From: Rhodoluna sp.
Lineage (GTDB): Bacteria; Actinomycetota; Actinomycetes; Actinomycetales; Microbacteriaceae
Assembly: GCA_024641095.1 (NCBI GenBank)
Contig: JAHEDR010000001.1
Span: 196,387-260,386 of the forward strand
Direction of reading: 5' to 3'
DNA: 64,000 nucleotides
The notes beneath the pieces are model-generated. The model made no database searches. It was not told the origin of the DNA and saw only the letters and a list, made by a program, of their open reading frames with translations. Below, in pieces: positions 38,519-48,303 of the stretch (its first letter is position 1; the number at the start of each line of letters is the position of its first letter). The position numbers were made by a program, and so were the translations under genes.

Positions 38519-38550
38519 TTTTCAAAGTGACTTGGGTATAGCCTGAAGTC

Positions 38551-38931
38551 ATGAATTTTGAACAAGCAGATCCTGCAATCAAGAAGCTTATTTCCGACTA
38601 CTTTGATGTCATGCATTTTCAAGACTTGGTCTTATTCGACAAGGTATTTCACAAGAACTGCTCTCTTTACTCGACGCAGACTGGCGAGCTGAGCCTTCGC
38701 CCATACGATGTTTACCGTGAGGCAGTAGCCAATCGTAAGTCGCCGGCGGAGCTTGGTAATGAGCGCAAAGATCAGGTGCTGCTATTTGATCAGGTGTCAC
38801 CAACCCTTGCTTTGGTAAAACCTCAACTGCAAATGTTTGGTGGAATCATGCAGGACTACCTCAACATCGTGTTCCTTGATGGACAGTGGTGGGTAATGGC
38901 CAAGATGTGGGAAAAAGTCGGCGACTGTTGA
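38551..38931 (+). CDS. NTF2/SnoaL-like fold protein (putative lumazine-binding family)
   Basis: 126 aa. The pattern I..YFD.MH..D...F.K.FH.......Q and the C-terminal DGQWWV..KMW fits NTF2-like proteins. The call is low-specificity. Confidence 0.5.
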   Translation: MNFEQADPAIKKLISDYFDVMHFQDLVLFDKVFHKNCSLYSTQTGELSLRPYDVYREAVANRKSPAELGNERKDQVLLFDQVSPTLALVKPQLQMFGGIMQDYLNIVFLDGQWWVMAKMWEKVGDC

Positions 38932-38972
38932 TAACTCAGGTGGCTAATAAGCTGTCTTTCTAACATCGAGGA

Positions 38973-39479
38973 ATGACCTCGACAGACCTATTTGCAACAC
39001 TTGGCACGCTTTATTTGTTTGCGGTGGCTTGGCCGCTTAGCCGAACGGATATTAGAGAGCATCGCCTGCCAAATAAATATGTCTTGCCGGCTTTTCCAAT
39101 TACCTTCGCCGGTTTCCTGTTGAACGCAATTATTTACAACCATTGGCAGCAATTACTTTTTGCCACCATTGCCGCGCTGGTATCGTTTGTGATTGGTCTG
39201 CTGGCAAACAAATTTGGTTCGCTAGGTATGGGCGATGTAAAGCTTATTGCCGTCATGACTCTTTCACTGGCCTGGTTTAATTTGCTGTCACCTTTAATCG
39301 CATTGGTGCTGGCGTTTGTATTAGCCTCGCTGGTGATTCTGGTTCGGCTGGTGCTTGGGCAAGCTAATTTGTACGAAGCTATAGCGCTTGGCCCCTATTT
39401 GCTAGCGGCGTTTGTTGTGACCCAGATGCTCACTTGGTCTTCGTGCTTGGGAGGCCTTACGCCAAATTTCTTGATGTAA
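38973..39479 (+). CDS. A24 family prepilin/preflagellin-type aspartic peptidase (CpaA/TadV-like, no methyltransferase domain)
   Basis: First Asp context RTDIREHRLPN, second Asp context GMGDVKL, and C-terminal ALGPYL. The protein is polytopic. No pilin or tad genes are in the window. Confidence 0.75.
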   Translation: MTSTDLFATLGTLYLFAVAWPLSRTDIREHRLPNKYVLPAFPITFAGFLLNAIIYNHWQQLLFATIAALVSFVIGLLANKFGSLGMGDVKLIAVMTLSLAWFNLLSPLIALVLAFVLASLVILVRLVLGQANLYEAIALGPYLLAAFVVTQMLTWSSCLGGLTPNFLM

Positions 39480-39913
39480 ATTCTTCTACCCGATAAATAC
39501 CTGGTGATCTCAAGGTGTGCGGCAGCAGCATCTTTTTTATTCAGGTAAGTTTCTTGCAATTCCCAAAGGCGCTTGGCCCACGCATCTGAATGAGCGTCAT
39601 CTTTTGGCAGGTGGGCAAGTTCGTGAAGCATGGTGTCTTTGTCAAAATGGCAAAGCAACATGGTGTCTGTATCTTTATCTACCCAAGCCTGTGAGTGTCT
39701 AGGCGAGCGCTTGGCCCCAAGGTGCGAGTGAATGCGCACCCAATTTAGTTTCCATTTTTTCTCACGTAGAACTTTGTCAAGCAGCAACAGGGTTGGCTTC
39801 CAGAGCGCCCAAGCCTCGGCCTGAAAGCCCGGCACGGGCCTCACTTCAAAAGAAAGGCGGGTCGTCCACAGAGGAACTTCTCTGTAGCGCCCGCCAATCT
39901 TTTTGGTAATCAA
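39395..39913 (-). CDS. hypothetical protein with HExxH motif (possible DUF45/SprT-like zinc metallohydrolase)
   Basis: MLHELAHL...H..AW is the only recognisable motif. Its 3' end overlaps the convergent A24 peptidase gene by 85 nt. Confidence 0.4.
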   Translation of the reverse strand: MITKKIGGRYREVPLWTTRLSFEVRPVPGFQAEAWALWKPTLLLLDKVLREKKWKLNWVRIHSHLGAKRSPRHSQAWVDKDTDTMLLCHFDKDTMLHELAHLPKDDAHSDAWAKRLWELQETYLNKKDAAAAHLEITRYLSGRRIYIKKFGVRPPKHEDQVSIWVTTNAASK

Positions 39914-39927
39914 ATTTACTTATTCGT

Positions 39928-41316
39928 TTATAGTCCTGGACTTGTCATCGAAAGCACGTCAAGCGCCTTATCTAGTTGCTCCATGGTTAGCTTCTCGCCA
40001 TCAACGTAGCCAAGTTCAATTGTTGCCTCTCGCACGGTGATGCTCTTTGCTACCGAGTGCTTGGCAATCTTTGCCGCTGCCTCGTAGCCAATGTACTTAT
40101 TTAGCGGAGTCACGATTGACGGGCTTGATTCAGCAAGTGCACGTGCTCGTTCCTCATTCGCTTCAAGACCCTTAATGGTTTTGTCGGCAAGCAGGCGAAG
40201 CGAGTTTGAAAGCAAGCGAATTGATTCAAGCAAAGCGTTTCCCATAACTGGGATTGCAACGTTCAGCTCAAAGTTTCCGGTTGCACCAGCCCAAGCGGTG
40301 GTTGCATCGTTACCGATCACGCGTGCACAAACCATCATCACTGCTTCTGGAATAACTGGGTTTACCTTGCCAGGCATGATTGATGAACCTGGCTGTAGGT
40401 CTGGAATGGAAAGTTCGCCAAGACCCGCGTTAGGCCCTGAACCCATCCAACGTAGGTCGTTGTTGATCTTGGTTAGCGAAACCGCAAGCACGCGGAGTGC
40501 ACCCGATGCCTCAACAAGTGCGTCACGTGCACCCTGTGCCTCAAAGTGATCGCGAGCCTCGGTGATTGGCAACTTGGTTTCTTCGGCAAGCAGGCGGATA
40601 ACTTCCTGAGGGAAGCCCTTAGGTGTGTTGATGCCGGTACCAACCGCGGTGCCACCAAGTGGAACCTCGGCAGTGCGGCCAATGGTTGACTCAACACGTT
40701 CAATTGCGTAGCGAATCTGTGCGGCGTAGCCACCAAATTCCTGACCAAGGGTCACCGGAGTTGCATCCATTAGGTGGGTGCGGCCAGCCTTTACAACTGA
40801 CTTCCAGAGGTCGCGCTTTTCTTCTAGCGCCTTGGCTAGGTAGTCAAGTGAAGGAAGTAGATCGTGAATCAGAGCAGCGGTAACCGCAACGTGCACCGAG
40901 GTAGGGAACACGTCGTTTGATGACTGCGAGGCATTCACGTGGTCGTTAGGGTGAACATCTTTGCCAAGACCGCGAGTAGCCAAAGTAGCCAGCACTTCGT
41001 TCATGTTCATGTTTGATGAAGTTCCAGAACCGGTCTGGAAGATGTCTACCGGAAATTCGCCATCGAACTTTCCTGAGATAACTTCATCTGCAGCAGCGGC
41101 AATAGCTTTTGCGATCTCGCCATCGAGAACGCCTAGCTTTGCGTTTGCCAGTGCAGCAGACTTTTTGATCTGTGCCAGGGCTGCAATGTGTGCGCGCTCC
41201 AGAGTTGTTCCCGAGATAGGGAAGTTCTCTACTGCGCGCTGAGTCTGTGCACGGTACAGGGCGTTGATTGGAACCTGTACTTCGCCCATGGTGTCGTGTT
41301 CAATGCGGTATTCCAC
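39928..41316 (-). CDS. fumC: class II fumarate hydratase
   Basis: [11 protein letters not shown] signature and an [13 protein letters not shown]-terminus. I chose the GTG at 41316 (AAAGG upstream) because the listed ATG at 41415 would overlap the upstream carbonic anhydrase gene. Confidence 0.95.
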   Translation of the reverse strand: MEYRIEHDTMGEVQVPINALYRAQTQRAVENFPISGTTLERAHIAALAQIKKSAALANAKLGVLDGEIAKAIAAAADEVISGKFDGEFPVDIFQTGSGTSSNMNMNEVLATLATRGLGKDVHPNDHVNASQSSNDVFPTSVHVAVTAALIHDLLPSLDYLAKALEEKRDLWKSVVKAGRTHLMDATPVTLGQEFGGYAAQIRYAIERVESTIGRTAEVPLGGTAVGTGINTPKGFPQEVIRLLAEETKLPITEARDHFEAQGARDALVEASGALRVLAVSLTKINNDLRWMGSGPNAGLGELSIPDLQPGSSIMPGKVNPVIPEAVMMVCARVIGNDATTAWAGATGNFELNVAIPVMGNALLESIRLLSNSLRLLADKTIKGLEANEERARALAESSPSIVTPLNKYIGYEAAAKIAKHSVAKSITVREATIELGYVDGEKLTMEQLDKALDVLSMTSPGL

Positions 41317-41338
41317 TATTTGGCCTTTCGTTGCCTTT

Positions 41339-41968
41339 TTACTTAATGTCGCCGACGATGACAATTGGGTGAATTTCGCCAAGTGATAGCTTGTAGTTAG
41401 CTCCCACCACGGCAAGCTTGCCCGCTTTTACTGCATCGGAGATAAGAGTGCTTCTGGTTAGCATTTCATTGATGGTGTCTTGAACGTGAAGTTCTGTCAC
41501 ATCTTCAATGTCGTGCTTGCCTGCAGCGTTAGCTGCCAAAACTGTTGGGCGAATTCGCTCAACCAGGTTGTGAATGAACTCGCCTTCAGATTTCAATGTT
41601 CCTTCGGTGGCGTCGATAGATGCGCGAATTGCACCGCACTCATCGTGGCCAAGCACCAAGATAAGTGGAACGCCCAAAACCTCTACTGAGAATTCAAGTG
41701 AACCAAGAATAGTCTCGGCAATTACCTGGCCTGCGTTGCGAACTACAAACAGGTCGCCCAAGCCAACGTCAAAAATAATTTCCGCCGAAAGTCGTGAGTC
41801 TGCGCAACCAAACAAAGCCGCAAATGGTCGCTGCTTTTCGGCAAGCGCCTCGCGACGTTCAATGTCTTGGCGCGGGTGAGCTGGTGCACCCGATACAAAT
41901 CTTTGGTTTCCTCGCACAAGTGCATCCCAGGCAGCCTGAGGGTTTTCGTGTCTCATCGAAGTTGTCAC
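41339..41968 (-). CDS. beta-class carbonic anhydrase
   Basis: CADSR, VVRNAG and GHDECGA zinc-ligand contexts. Confidence 0.9.
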   Translation of the reverse strand: MTTSMRHENPQAAWDALVRGNQRFVSGAPAHPRQDIERREALAEKQRPFAALFGCADSRLSAEIIFDVGLGDLFVVRNAGQVIAETILGSLEFSVEVLGVPLILVLGHDECGAIRASIDATEGTLKSEGEFIHNLVERIRPTVLAANAAGKHDIEDVTELHVQDTINEMLTRSTLISDAVKAGKLAVVGANYKLSLGEIHPIVIVGDIK

Positions 41969-42549
41969 TTGGCAAGCTCCTGTTCGATTAGTTTTGCGAA
42001 TTCTTGAAGTTCAAGTGGTCGTGCGGTTGAGTTCATAGAGATGAACATGCCGTCTTTTTCCAATACCCAAAGGTACGGGTCGGCATCGGTGTTTTTACCA
42101 GGCTGATAAAACTGCCAACCTTCATCGCCGCCGTAGGTGTAAACGTATTTTTCAAATCCGCTGAGCTGCATTGCAACCCAGGTTGGATTCACGTCAAAAG
42201 CCTGGGTGATTCCAACGTATTGGTTTTGCGGGCCAACAAAGCCAACCTTCCAAACCTTCACGCCATCGGCAGAAGACTGGCTCCACTTTGCCTGGTTTGC
42301 CCACCAGCCTTCTGGCAAGGTGCTTGGCGCTACAAGGTTGAGCTTGCTTGAATCCTCGGCGGCAGTTGCAGCTGCAACGTAATCCACTGGCTTGATGCGA
42401 TTGCTGTCATCGCGGGGTACCACCAAAACGGTGACCAGCACGATTCCAAGGGTTGCCACCAATGAAAGAGCCAGGTTTATGACCGTCTGCTTGGCCCTGT
42501 GCTTAGCGGCCGAATCCGGGTCATATTGAGACTCTGTCTGGAGGCTCAC
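41965..42549 (-). CDS. DUF4245-like membrane-anchored protein
   Basis: N-terminal TM segment (INLALSLVATLGIVLVTVLVV) plus an extracytoplasmic domain. It is translationally coupled on both sides (ATGA / TAGTGA overlaps). The family is assigned from memory. Confidence 0.5.
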   Translation of the reverse strand: MSLQTESQYDPDSAAKHRAKQTVINLALSLVATLGIVLVTVLVVPRDDSNRIKPVDYVAAATAAEDSSKLNLVAPSTLPEGWWANQAKWSQSSADGVKVWKVGFVGPQNQYVGITQAFDVNPTWVAMQLSGFEKYVYTYGGDEGWQFYQPGKNTDADPYLWVLEKDGMFISMNSTARPLELQEFAKLIEQELAK

Positions 42550-42770
42550 TAGTCGGCTTTCTTCTTAGCCACGGCCTCATTCAGGCGCTTACGGGCACCA
42601 GTTAGCCAGGTTTCGCACTGGGTGGCAAGGGCCTCGCCACGCTCCCAGAGGGCCAATGAGGCTTCCAGGGTGACTGATCCTTGTTCCAGCTCGGCAACTA
42701 CCTTAACTAGCTCGTCTCGAGCCTCTTCGTAGCTCATTTTGGCCACATCGGTGTTGGTCTTGTCAGTCAT
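42549..42770 (-). CDS. xseB: exodeoxyribonuclease VII small subunit
   Basis: 73 aa with SYEEARDEL..VV.ELE.G...LE.SL.LWERGE.L...C motifs. Confidence 0.85.
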   Translation of the reverse strand: MTDKTNTDVAKMSYEEARDELVKVVAELEQGSVTLEASLALWERGEALATQCETWLTGARKRLNEAVAKKKAD

Positions 42771-42790
42771 TATGTCTCCAGTCTATTTGG

Positions 42791-44008
42791 CTATTCGGCT
42801 ACCGCGCCAAGCTCACCCTTGGCTAGGCGAACCCTTAGTTTTTGGCCGGTTTTTACCTTGCTGGCATCGGAAATTACGTGGCCATCGGCATCGCGCACCA
42901 CCGAGTATCCTCGGTCCAGGGTAGATTGCGGCGAGAGGCTGCGAACCTGCTGCTTTAGGTGGCCGATCTGCATATCTTCACGGCTCAGTTGGTTCTCAAG
43001 TCTGTTGCGCATCTGATCGACGAAGCGTTCAACCTCTGCTTCGTGAACCTCAATGAAGGTGTACGGGTTAGCCAAGATTGGTCGACTGCGAATTTGTTCA
43101 ATCATCGAAACCTGATTGCTAACAAAAGTGTCTACGCGCATGAAAAGTCTTTGACGAAGTTGTTCAAGTTTGTATTTTTCTTCAAACACATCTGGCACCA
43201 CGCGCTTGGCTGCATCGGTTGGGGTAGAGGCTCTAAGGTCGGCAACATCATCAAGCACCGGGCGGTCGTTTTCATGCCCGATAGCCGAGACGATTGGCGT
43301 CTTTGCGTTTGCCGCGGCGCGCACGAGTGCTTCGTCGCTGAAGACCATTAGGTCCAGGAACGAACCACCACCGCGAGCGATGATAATTACATCCACTTCG
43401 GGGTCGGCATCAAGTTCTTTAATGGCTGCAATTACTTCAGGTGCTGCCTTCTCACCCTGAACCAAAGTATGGATTACGCGAAATTGCACATCGGGCCAAC
43501 GAAGCTTGGCATTTTGCAACACATCTTTTTCTGCGTCGGAATCTTTACCGGTGATCAAGCCAATTTTGTTTGGCAGAAACGGTAGCGGCTTCTTACGTTC
43601 AATCGAGGTAAGGCCCTCGGTGGTTAGTTGAGTGCGCAGTCGTTCGATTCGCTCAAGTAATTCGCCAAGGCCAACTTTGCGCATCTCTATGACCTGCATG
43701 GTTAACTTGCCGCCCTTAGGCCAGAACGCCGGCTTGATTAGCGCAAGCACTCGATCACCCTGTTTTAGGTCATTTGGAATCTTGGCTACGTTCCAAGAGT
43801 GAATAGAAACGCTGTTTTCAATTTGCAGGTCGCGAAGTTCACCAAACATGTTTGATGGGCCAATTTTGATTGAGGCAAGTTCGCCCTCAATCCAAAGCAC
43901 ACCAAGGCGCTCGATCCATTCTTTAAGGGTTAGCGACAGCCTGGACACTGGCCAGGGGGATAGCTCGGAACTCACCTTAGGTGCGCCAAACATTTCGGCG
44001 TCGCTCAT
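42791..44008 (-). CDS. xseA: exodeoxyribonuclease VII large subunit
   Basis: OB-fold N-terminus (VWIEGE.S), ARGGGS..DL and SAIGHE.D motifs. I chose the ATG at 44008 because AGGAGG lies 4 nt upstream; the ORF is open to 44035. Confidence 0.9.
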   Translation of the reverse strand: MSDAEMFGAPKVSSELSPWPVSRLSLTLKEWIERLGVLWIEGELASIKIGPSNMFGELRDLQIENSVSIHSWNVAKIPNDLKQGDRVLALIKPAFWPKGGKLTMQVIEMRKVGLGELLERIERLRTQLTTEGLTSIERKKPLPFLPNKIGLITGKDSDAEKDVLQNAKLRWPDVQFRVIHTLVQGEKAAPEVIAAIKELDADPEVDVIIIARGGGSFLDLMVFSDEALVRAAANAKTPIVSAIGHENDRPVLDDVADLRASTPTDAAKRVVPDVFEEKYKLEQLRQRLFMRVDTFVSNQVSMIEQIRSRPILANPYTFIEVHEAEVERFVDQMRNRLENQLSREDMQIGHLKQQVRSLSPQSTLDRGYSVVRDADGHVISDASKVKTGQKLRVRLAKGELGAVAE

Positions 44009-44064
44009 GTGGCCTCCTGCTATCAGCCACCACAATCCATCAAGGACACGTTTATCATTGAGGG

Positions 44065-45066
44065 GTGACTGACATCAAGAATACCGCTGGCAAGAAGGTC
44101 CTGCTGGCCTCGCCCCGTGGCTACTGTGCCGGGGTTGACCGAGCGGTAATTGCAGTCGAAAAGGCCCTAGATCACTACGGCGCCCCAATCTACGTGCGTA
44201 AGCAGATTGTGCACAACAAGCACGTTGTGTCATCTCTTGAGGCTCGTGGAGCCATCTTCGTCGATGAAGTAGATGAGGTTCCAGAGGGTTCGGTTTTGGT
44301 GTTCTCGGCTCACGGAGTTTCGCCGGCCGTGGTTTCTGCAGCGAACGCTCGCGGCCTAAACACAATTGATGCCACCTGCCCGTTGGTTACCAAAGTTCAC
44401 CGCGAGGTGCAGAGATTTGCCGCCGAGGATTACGACATTCTTTTGATTGGTCACGAAGGTCACGAAGAAGTAGAAGGCACCGCTGGTGAAGCACCCGATG
44501 TAGTTCAGGTGATTGATAAAGATGACAGCATTGCCTCGGCAAAAGTTCGCGACCCAAAGAAACTAATTTGGCTTTCGCAAACCACACTCTCGGTTGACGA
44601 GACCATGGAAACAGTTTTGAAGCTTCGCGAGAAGCACCCAACTTTGCAAAACCCGCCAAGCGACGACATTTGCTACGCAACCCAGAACCGCCAGGTGGCA
44701 ATCAAGAAAGTTGGCGCAAGTTCAGACTTGGTGATTGTGGTGGGTTCAGCAAATTCATCAAACACCGTTCGCTTGGTTGAGGTTGCTCTTGAGGCGGGTG
44801 CCAAGGCTGCGTATCGGGTTGACTACGCAAGCGAAATTGATGAGGCCTGGTTTGCAGGGGTCGAGACCGTAGGTGTTTCATCTGGCGCATCTGTGCCAGA
44901 GGTTCTGGTTGACGAAGTGCTTGATTACCTGGCTCAAAAAGGTTTTGGCGATGTGCGCACCGTGCAGACCGCAGAAGAAGACGTGCAATTCTCTTTGCCT
45001 GCAGAGCTTCGTAAAGAACTAAAGTCTGCTGGTCATGACACCAGCAACAAGACAAGGCGCAACTAA
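44065..45066 (+). CDS. ispH: 4-hydroxy-3-methylbut-2-enyl diphosphate reductase
   Basis: [30 protein letters not shown] and [10 protein letters not shown] motifs. Confidence 0.95.
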   Translation: MTDIKNTAGKKVLLASPRGYCAGVDRAVIAVEKALDHYGAPIYVRKQIVHNKHVVSSLEARGAIFVDEVDEVPEGSVLVFSAHGVSPAVVSAANARGLNTIDATCPLVTKVHREVQRFAAEDYDILLIGHEGHEEVEGTAGEAPDVVQVIDKDDSIASAKVRDPKKLIWLSQTTLSVDETMETVLKLREKHPTLQNPPSDDICYATQNRQVAIKKVGASSDLVIVVGSANSSNTVRLVEVALEAGAKAAYRVDYASEIDEAWFAGVETVGVSSGASVPEVLVDEVLDYLAQKGFGDVRTVQTAEEDVQFSLPAELRKELKSAGHDTSNKTRRN

Positions 45067-45098
45067 AAAATCCCCAGTCAATTGACCGGGGATTTTTT
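45065..45098. terminator. Bidirectional rho-independent terminator (near-twin of 34389-34420)
   Basis: AAAAAA-TCCCCAGTC-AATT-GACCGGGGA-TTTTTT, between convergent ispH and fba. The stem has one A/C mismatch. Confidence 0.85.
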
Positions 45099-45110
45099 AA
45101 TAAGTTCTAA

Positions 45111-46136
45111 TTAAAGACTTAGTGACTTTCCTGCAGAACCAAGTTCCTTGGCAGCCTCAACAACACGAGCTGACATGCCTGCCTCTGCAGACTTTCCCCA
45201 AGCGCGTGGGTCGTAAGCCTTCTTGTTTCCAACTTCGCCATCAATCTTTAGCACGCCGTCGTAATTCTTCAACATGTGGTCGGCTACTGGGCGGGTGAAT
45301 GCGTACTGAAGGTCGGTGTCAATGTTCATCTTGATTACACCGTGACGAACTGCCTCAGAGATTTCCTCTGGGGTTGAACCTGAACCACCGTGGAACACCA
45401 AATCGAATGGCTTGTCCTTGCCGTACTTGTCGCCAACAGCCTTCTGGATTTCACCAAGAAGTTCTGGGCGAAGCTTTACATTGCCTGGCTTGTAAACGCC
45501 GTGCACGTTACCGAAGGTAAGCGCAACCATGTAGCGTCCGTTTTCGCCAAGGCCAAGTGCCTCTGCAGTCTGAAGACCATCGGCAGGAGTTGTGTAAAGG
45601 TGCTCACCCATACCGCCCTCAACGCCGTCTTCTTCGCCACCAACAACACCAACTTCAATTTCAAGAACTGCACCAATACCGCTGGTTAGCTTGAGCATCT
45701 CCTGTGCAATCTGAAGGTTCTCTGCCATTGGCACAGCAGAGCCGTCCCACATGTGTGAGTTGAACAGTGGGTCTTCTCCGCGCTTTACGCGGTCCTGAGA
45801 AATTGCAATCAGTGGGCGTACCAACTTGTCTAGCTGGTCCTTTGCACAGTGATCGGTGTGAAGGGCAATTGTGATGCCGTAGTTCTTTGCAACTTCACGA
45901 GCAAACGCTGCCATTGCAGCTGCACCAGAAGCCATGTTCTTAATGGTTGGGCCAGACCAGTAATCGCCACCACCTGTGGTTACCTGAATGATTCCGTCTG
46001 AGCCTGCTTCAGCAAGACCAGCAAGTGCTGCGTTCAAAGTCTGTGAGCTTGAAACGTTAATCGCTGGGTAAGCAAAACCCTGCTTCTTAGCGCGGTCAAG
46101 CATTTCAAGGTACTGGTCTGGGGTTGCTACAGGCAT
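45111..46136 (-). CDS. fbaA: class II fructose-bisphosphate aldolase
   Basis: FAYPAINV, HTDHC, EIE.G..GGEEDG and FHGGSGS motifs. Confidence 0.95.
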   Translation of the reverse strand: MPVATPDQYLEMLDRAKKQGFAYPAINVSSSQTLNAALAGLAEAGSDGIIQVTTGGGDYWSGPTIKNMASGAAAMAAFAREVAKNYGITIALHTDHCAKDQLDKLVRPLIAISQDRVKRGEDPLFNSHMWDGSAVPMAENLQIAQEMLKLTSGIGAVLEIEVGVVGGEEDGVEGGMGEHLYTTPADGLQTAEALGLGENGRYMVALTFGNVHGVYKPGNVKLRPELLGEIQKAVGDKYGKDKPFDLVFHGGSGSTPEEISEAVRHGVIKMNIDTDLQYAFTRPVADHMLKNYDGVLKIDGEVGNKKAYDPRAWGKSAEAGMSARVVEAAKELGSAGKSLSL

Positions 46137-46216
46137 GGCTTTACTCCTAAGGCCGACGGTGGATTACCTATGATGTTAGCAAGGATGCGGGTACCTCCGC
46201 TTAGTGAAAGGCCCCG

Positions 46217-47185
46217 ATGTCAGAAGCTTCTAACGGTTTGCGCGATGCCAACCAGCCAACCATGGATATTTTGGCCGCCACCGTTGCAGCTACCGCTGGG
46301 TGTTGGCACCTGGTTGGCTCGGAAGACAAATTGGCCGTAGATGGTGCAGCGGTAGACGCAATGCGTGCCGCGCTTCAGGGCGCCGAGTTCGGCGGAATTG
46401 TTGTAATTGGCGAGGGCGAAAAAGACGAGGCCCCAATGCTCTTCAACGGAGAAATCATTGGTGGCGGTCAGCCGGTTGAGTGGGACATTGCCGTTGATCC
46501 GGTTGATGGCACAGCTCTTGCGGCTGCGGGCACACAGGGCGCGGTTGCCGTGATGGCCGCTGCCGAACGCGGCTCAATGCTTGAAGCCAAAGAGGTTTAC
46601 TTCATGCAAAAGATTGTGAGTGGTCCGGCAGGTAAGGGAGTGCTTGATCTTGATGCCAGTGCAACCTTGAACATCAGTAAGCTTGCCGAGGCTCTTGATA
46701 AACCAATCACCGATATGCGCGTTGCAGTAATTAACAAGCCTCGCAATTACGAATTGATTCAAGAAGTTGAATCGATTGGTGCCACCTGGGTCAGGTTCGA
46801 CGAAGGCGACATCGCAATGGCGGTTGCCGCAGCCGTGCCTGGTACCGGAGTGGATCTGCTGCTTGGTTTAGGTGGTTCGCCTGAGGGAGTGGCAACAGCG
46901 GTTGCCATTCAGGTACTTGGCGGTTTCATGCAAACCCGATTCGCTCCGCAGGACCCAGATCAGATTGAACGAGCGCTGGCTGCAAATTACGACATTGAGA
47001 AAAAGTTTGAACTAGAAGAATTAGTTTCTGGCGAGCACTTTATTTTTGTGCTTACCGGTATCACCGATGGAATCCTGGCAAACGGAGTGCGCGAAGTTGA
47101 TGACAGTTTAGAAATTCAGAGCTTTATTCTCGACAGCAAAGTTGGCCAAGGCCTTGTTGTTGATGTGCGAGTGCCTAAAAATTAA
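46217..47185 (+). CDS. glpX: class II fructose-1,6-bisphosphatase
   Basis: GEGEKDEAPML, AVDPVDGT and GGSPEGV motifs. It is divergent from fba. Confidence 0.9.
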   Translation: MSEASNGLRDANQPTMDILAATVAATAGCWHLVGSEDKLAVDGAAVDAMRAALQGAEFGGIVVIGEGEKDEAPMLFNGEIIGGGQPVEWDIAVDPVDGTALAAAGTQGAVAVMAAAERGSMLEAKEVYFMQKIVSGPAGKGVLDLDASATLNISKLAEALDKPITDMRVAVINKPRNYELIQEVESIGATWVRFDEGDIAMAVAAAVPGTGVDLLLGLGGSPEGVATAVAIQVLGGFMQTRFAPQDPDQIERALAANYDIEKKFELEELVSGEHFIFVLTGITDGILANGVREVDDSLEIQSFILDSKVGQGLVVDVRVPKN

Positions 47186-48198
47186 ATGTGTGCAGGCTCT
47201 TTAAGCGGAGTCTCGCGATCTGGGTTCTCGATCACGGTTGCCTCAGGCATGCCATCTAGGTTTTGCAAGCCAGAAGTTGGTTGCTGAACCTTCACTGCGC
47301 CCCACTGCACGGCCATCTTTAGACCGGCAGGAACATCAAAACCAACAAAGTGGTTTTCTTCGGTTGGGCCGTTAGTGGTTGCAGCAACTGCAGACAAGAA
47401 ACCAGCAATGGTTGAGTCTCCGGCACCAACTGTGTTAATCACCTTGATAGGTGGAGTCTTTGCGTGCCAAGAGTTCTTCTCGGTAACAGCAATCATTCCG
47501 TCTGAACCAAGGCTGGCAAGAACGCATTCAACGCCGCCGGCAATAAGTTCACGCGCCGCATCAATAACGTCACCGTTAGTGAGGAGTGAACGACCAACTG
47601 CAGATGCAAGTTCTTCTGCGTTTGGCTTCATTACGCTGGCCGCACCCTTCTTAGCCCAGAAGCTAAGTGGCTCACCTGAAGTGTCTAGAACTACGCGTAC
47701 GCCAAGATCTTTCATCTTGTCGAAGATTGGCTGAAGGTCAACGTACTCGCCGGTTGACTTATCAATTGGCAAGGCGCCGGCCATAACCAACCACTTTGCT
47801 TCGTTTTCAATAACGGTCTTGATGGTTAGGTCAATAACTGACTGCCAGTCTTCGGCGCTAAGTGGGCGGGGGGCTTCGTTAACCTTTGTGGTTGGCCCGT
47901 CCTTGATAACCATGGTGGTTGAAACTCGTAGGGTTCCGTCAACCCAGATAGGAAGCAACCAGTTTGCGTGCCCGGTACGAGCCAAAACGCTTGGGTCTGA
48001 ATCACCGATAGGAACAACGCCTGGGGCAGCCATGCCAACCAGGTTTAGACCCTTGGTTACGTTGATACCCTTACCGGCTAGCTCTTCGGCAACGCCGTCG
48101 GCACGGTTCACTCCACCTTCAATTAGGTCGTGAACATAGTAGGTACGGTCAAGTGTTGGTGCAGGAGTCAGAGTGACTACCGGTGACTTGCTTGACAT
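47182..48198 (-). CDS. PfkB-family hexose-phosphate kinase (1-phosphofructokinase / 6-phosphofructokinase-2 type)
   Basis: TLTPAPTLDRTY N-terminus, GKGINV and the NTVGAGDS PfkB signature. Substrate not determinable. It has a 4-nt convergent overlap with glpX. Confidence 0.75.
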   Translation of the reverse strand: MSSKSPVVTLTPAPTLDRTYYVHDLIEGGVNRADGVAEELAGKGINVTKGLNLVGMAAPGVVPIGDSDPSVLARTGHANWLLPIWVDGTLRVSTTMVIKDGPTTKVNEAPRPLSAEDWQSVIDLTIKTVIENEAKWLVMAGALPIDKSTGEYVDLQPIFDKMKDLGVRVVLDTSGEPLSFWAKKGAASVMKPNAEELASAVGRSLLTNGDVIDAARELIAGGVECVLASLGSDGMIAVTEKNSWHAKTPPIKVINTVGAGDSTIAGFLSAVAATTNGPTEENHFVGFDVPAGLKMAVQWGAVKVQQPTSGLQNLDGMPEATVIENPDRETPLKEPAHI

Positions 48199-48303
48199 GA
48201 AGGAACTCCTAATTGAACGGATTTAGGCTTCAAACTCCATTGTCGAGCGCTTCAAAAAGTATACCTAAGCGCCTAAAAGACCTGCGAACCCAGAGGGGTC
48301 GTT

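Noticed and set aside
41317-41415. Listed fumC start at 41415 (33 extra N-terminal residues)
   Set aside because: It would overlap the carbonic anhydrase gene by 77 nt. The GTG at 41316 is preceded by AAAGG and yields the conserved [13 protein letters not shown]-terminus.
42780-42800. Weaker stop-spanning duplication at the xseA end (GCCGAATAG CCAAATAG). Similar hints occur at the ABC-F end (16598-16615).
   Set aside because: There are only two short (8-9 nt) imperfect copies and the second is out of frame. This is not comparable to the three clear in-frame triplications and is plausibly chance.
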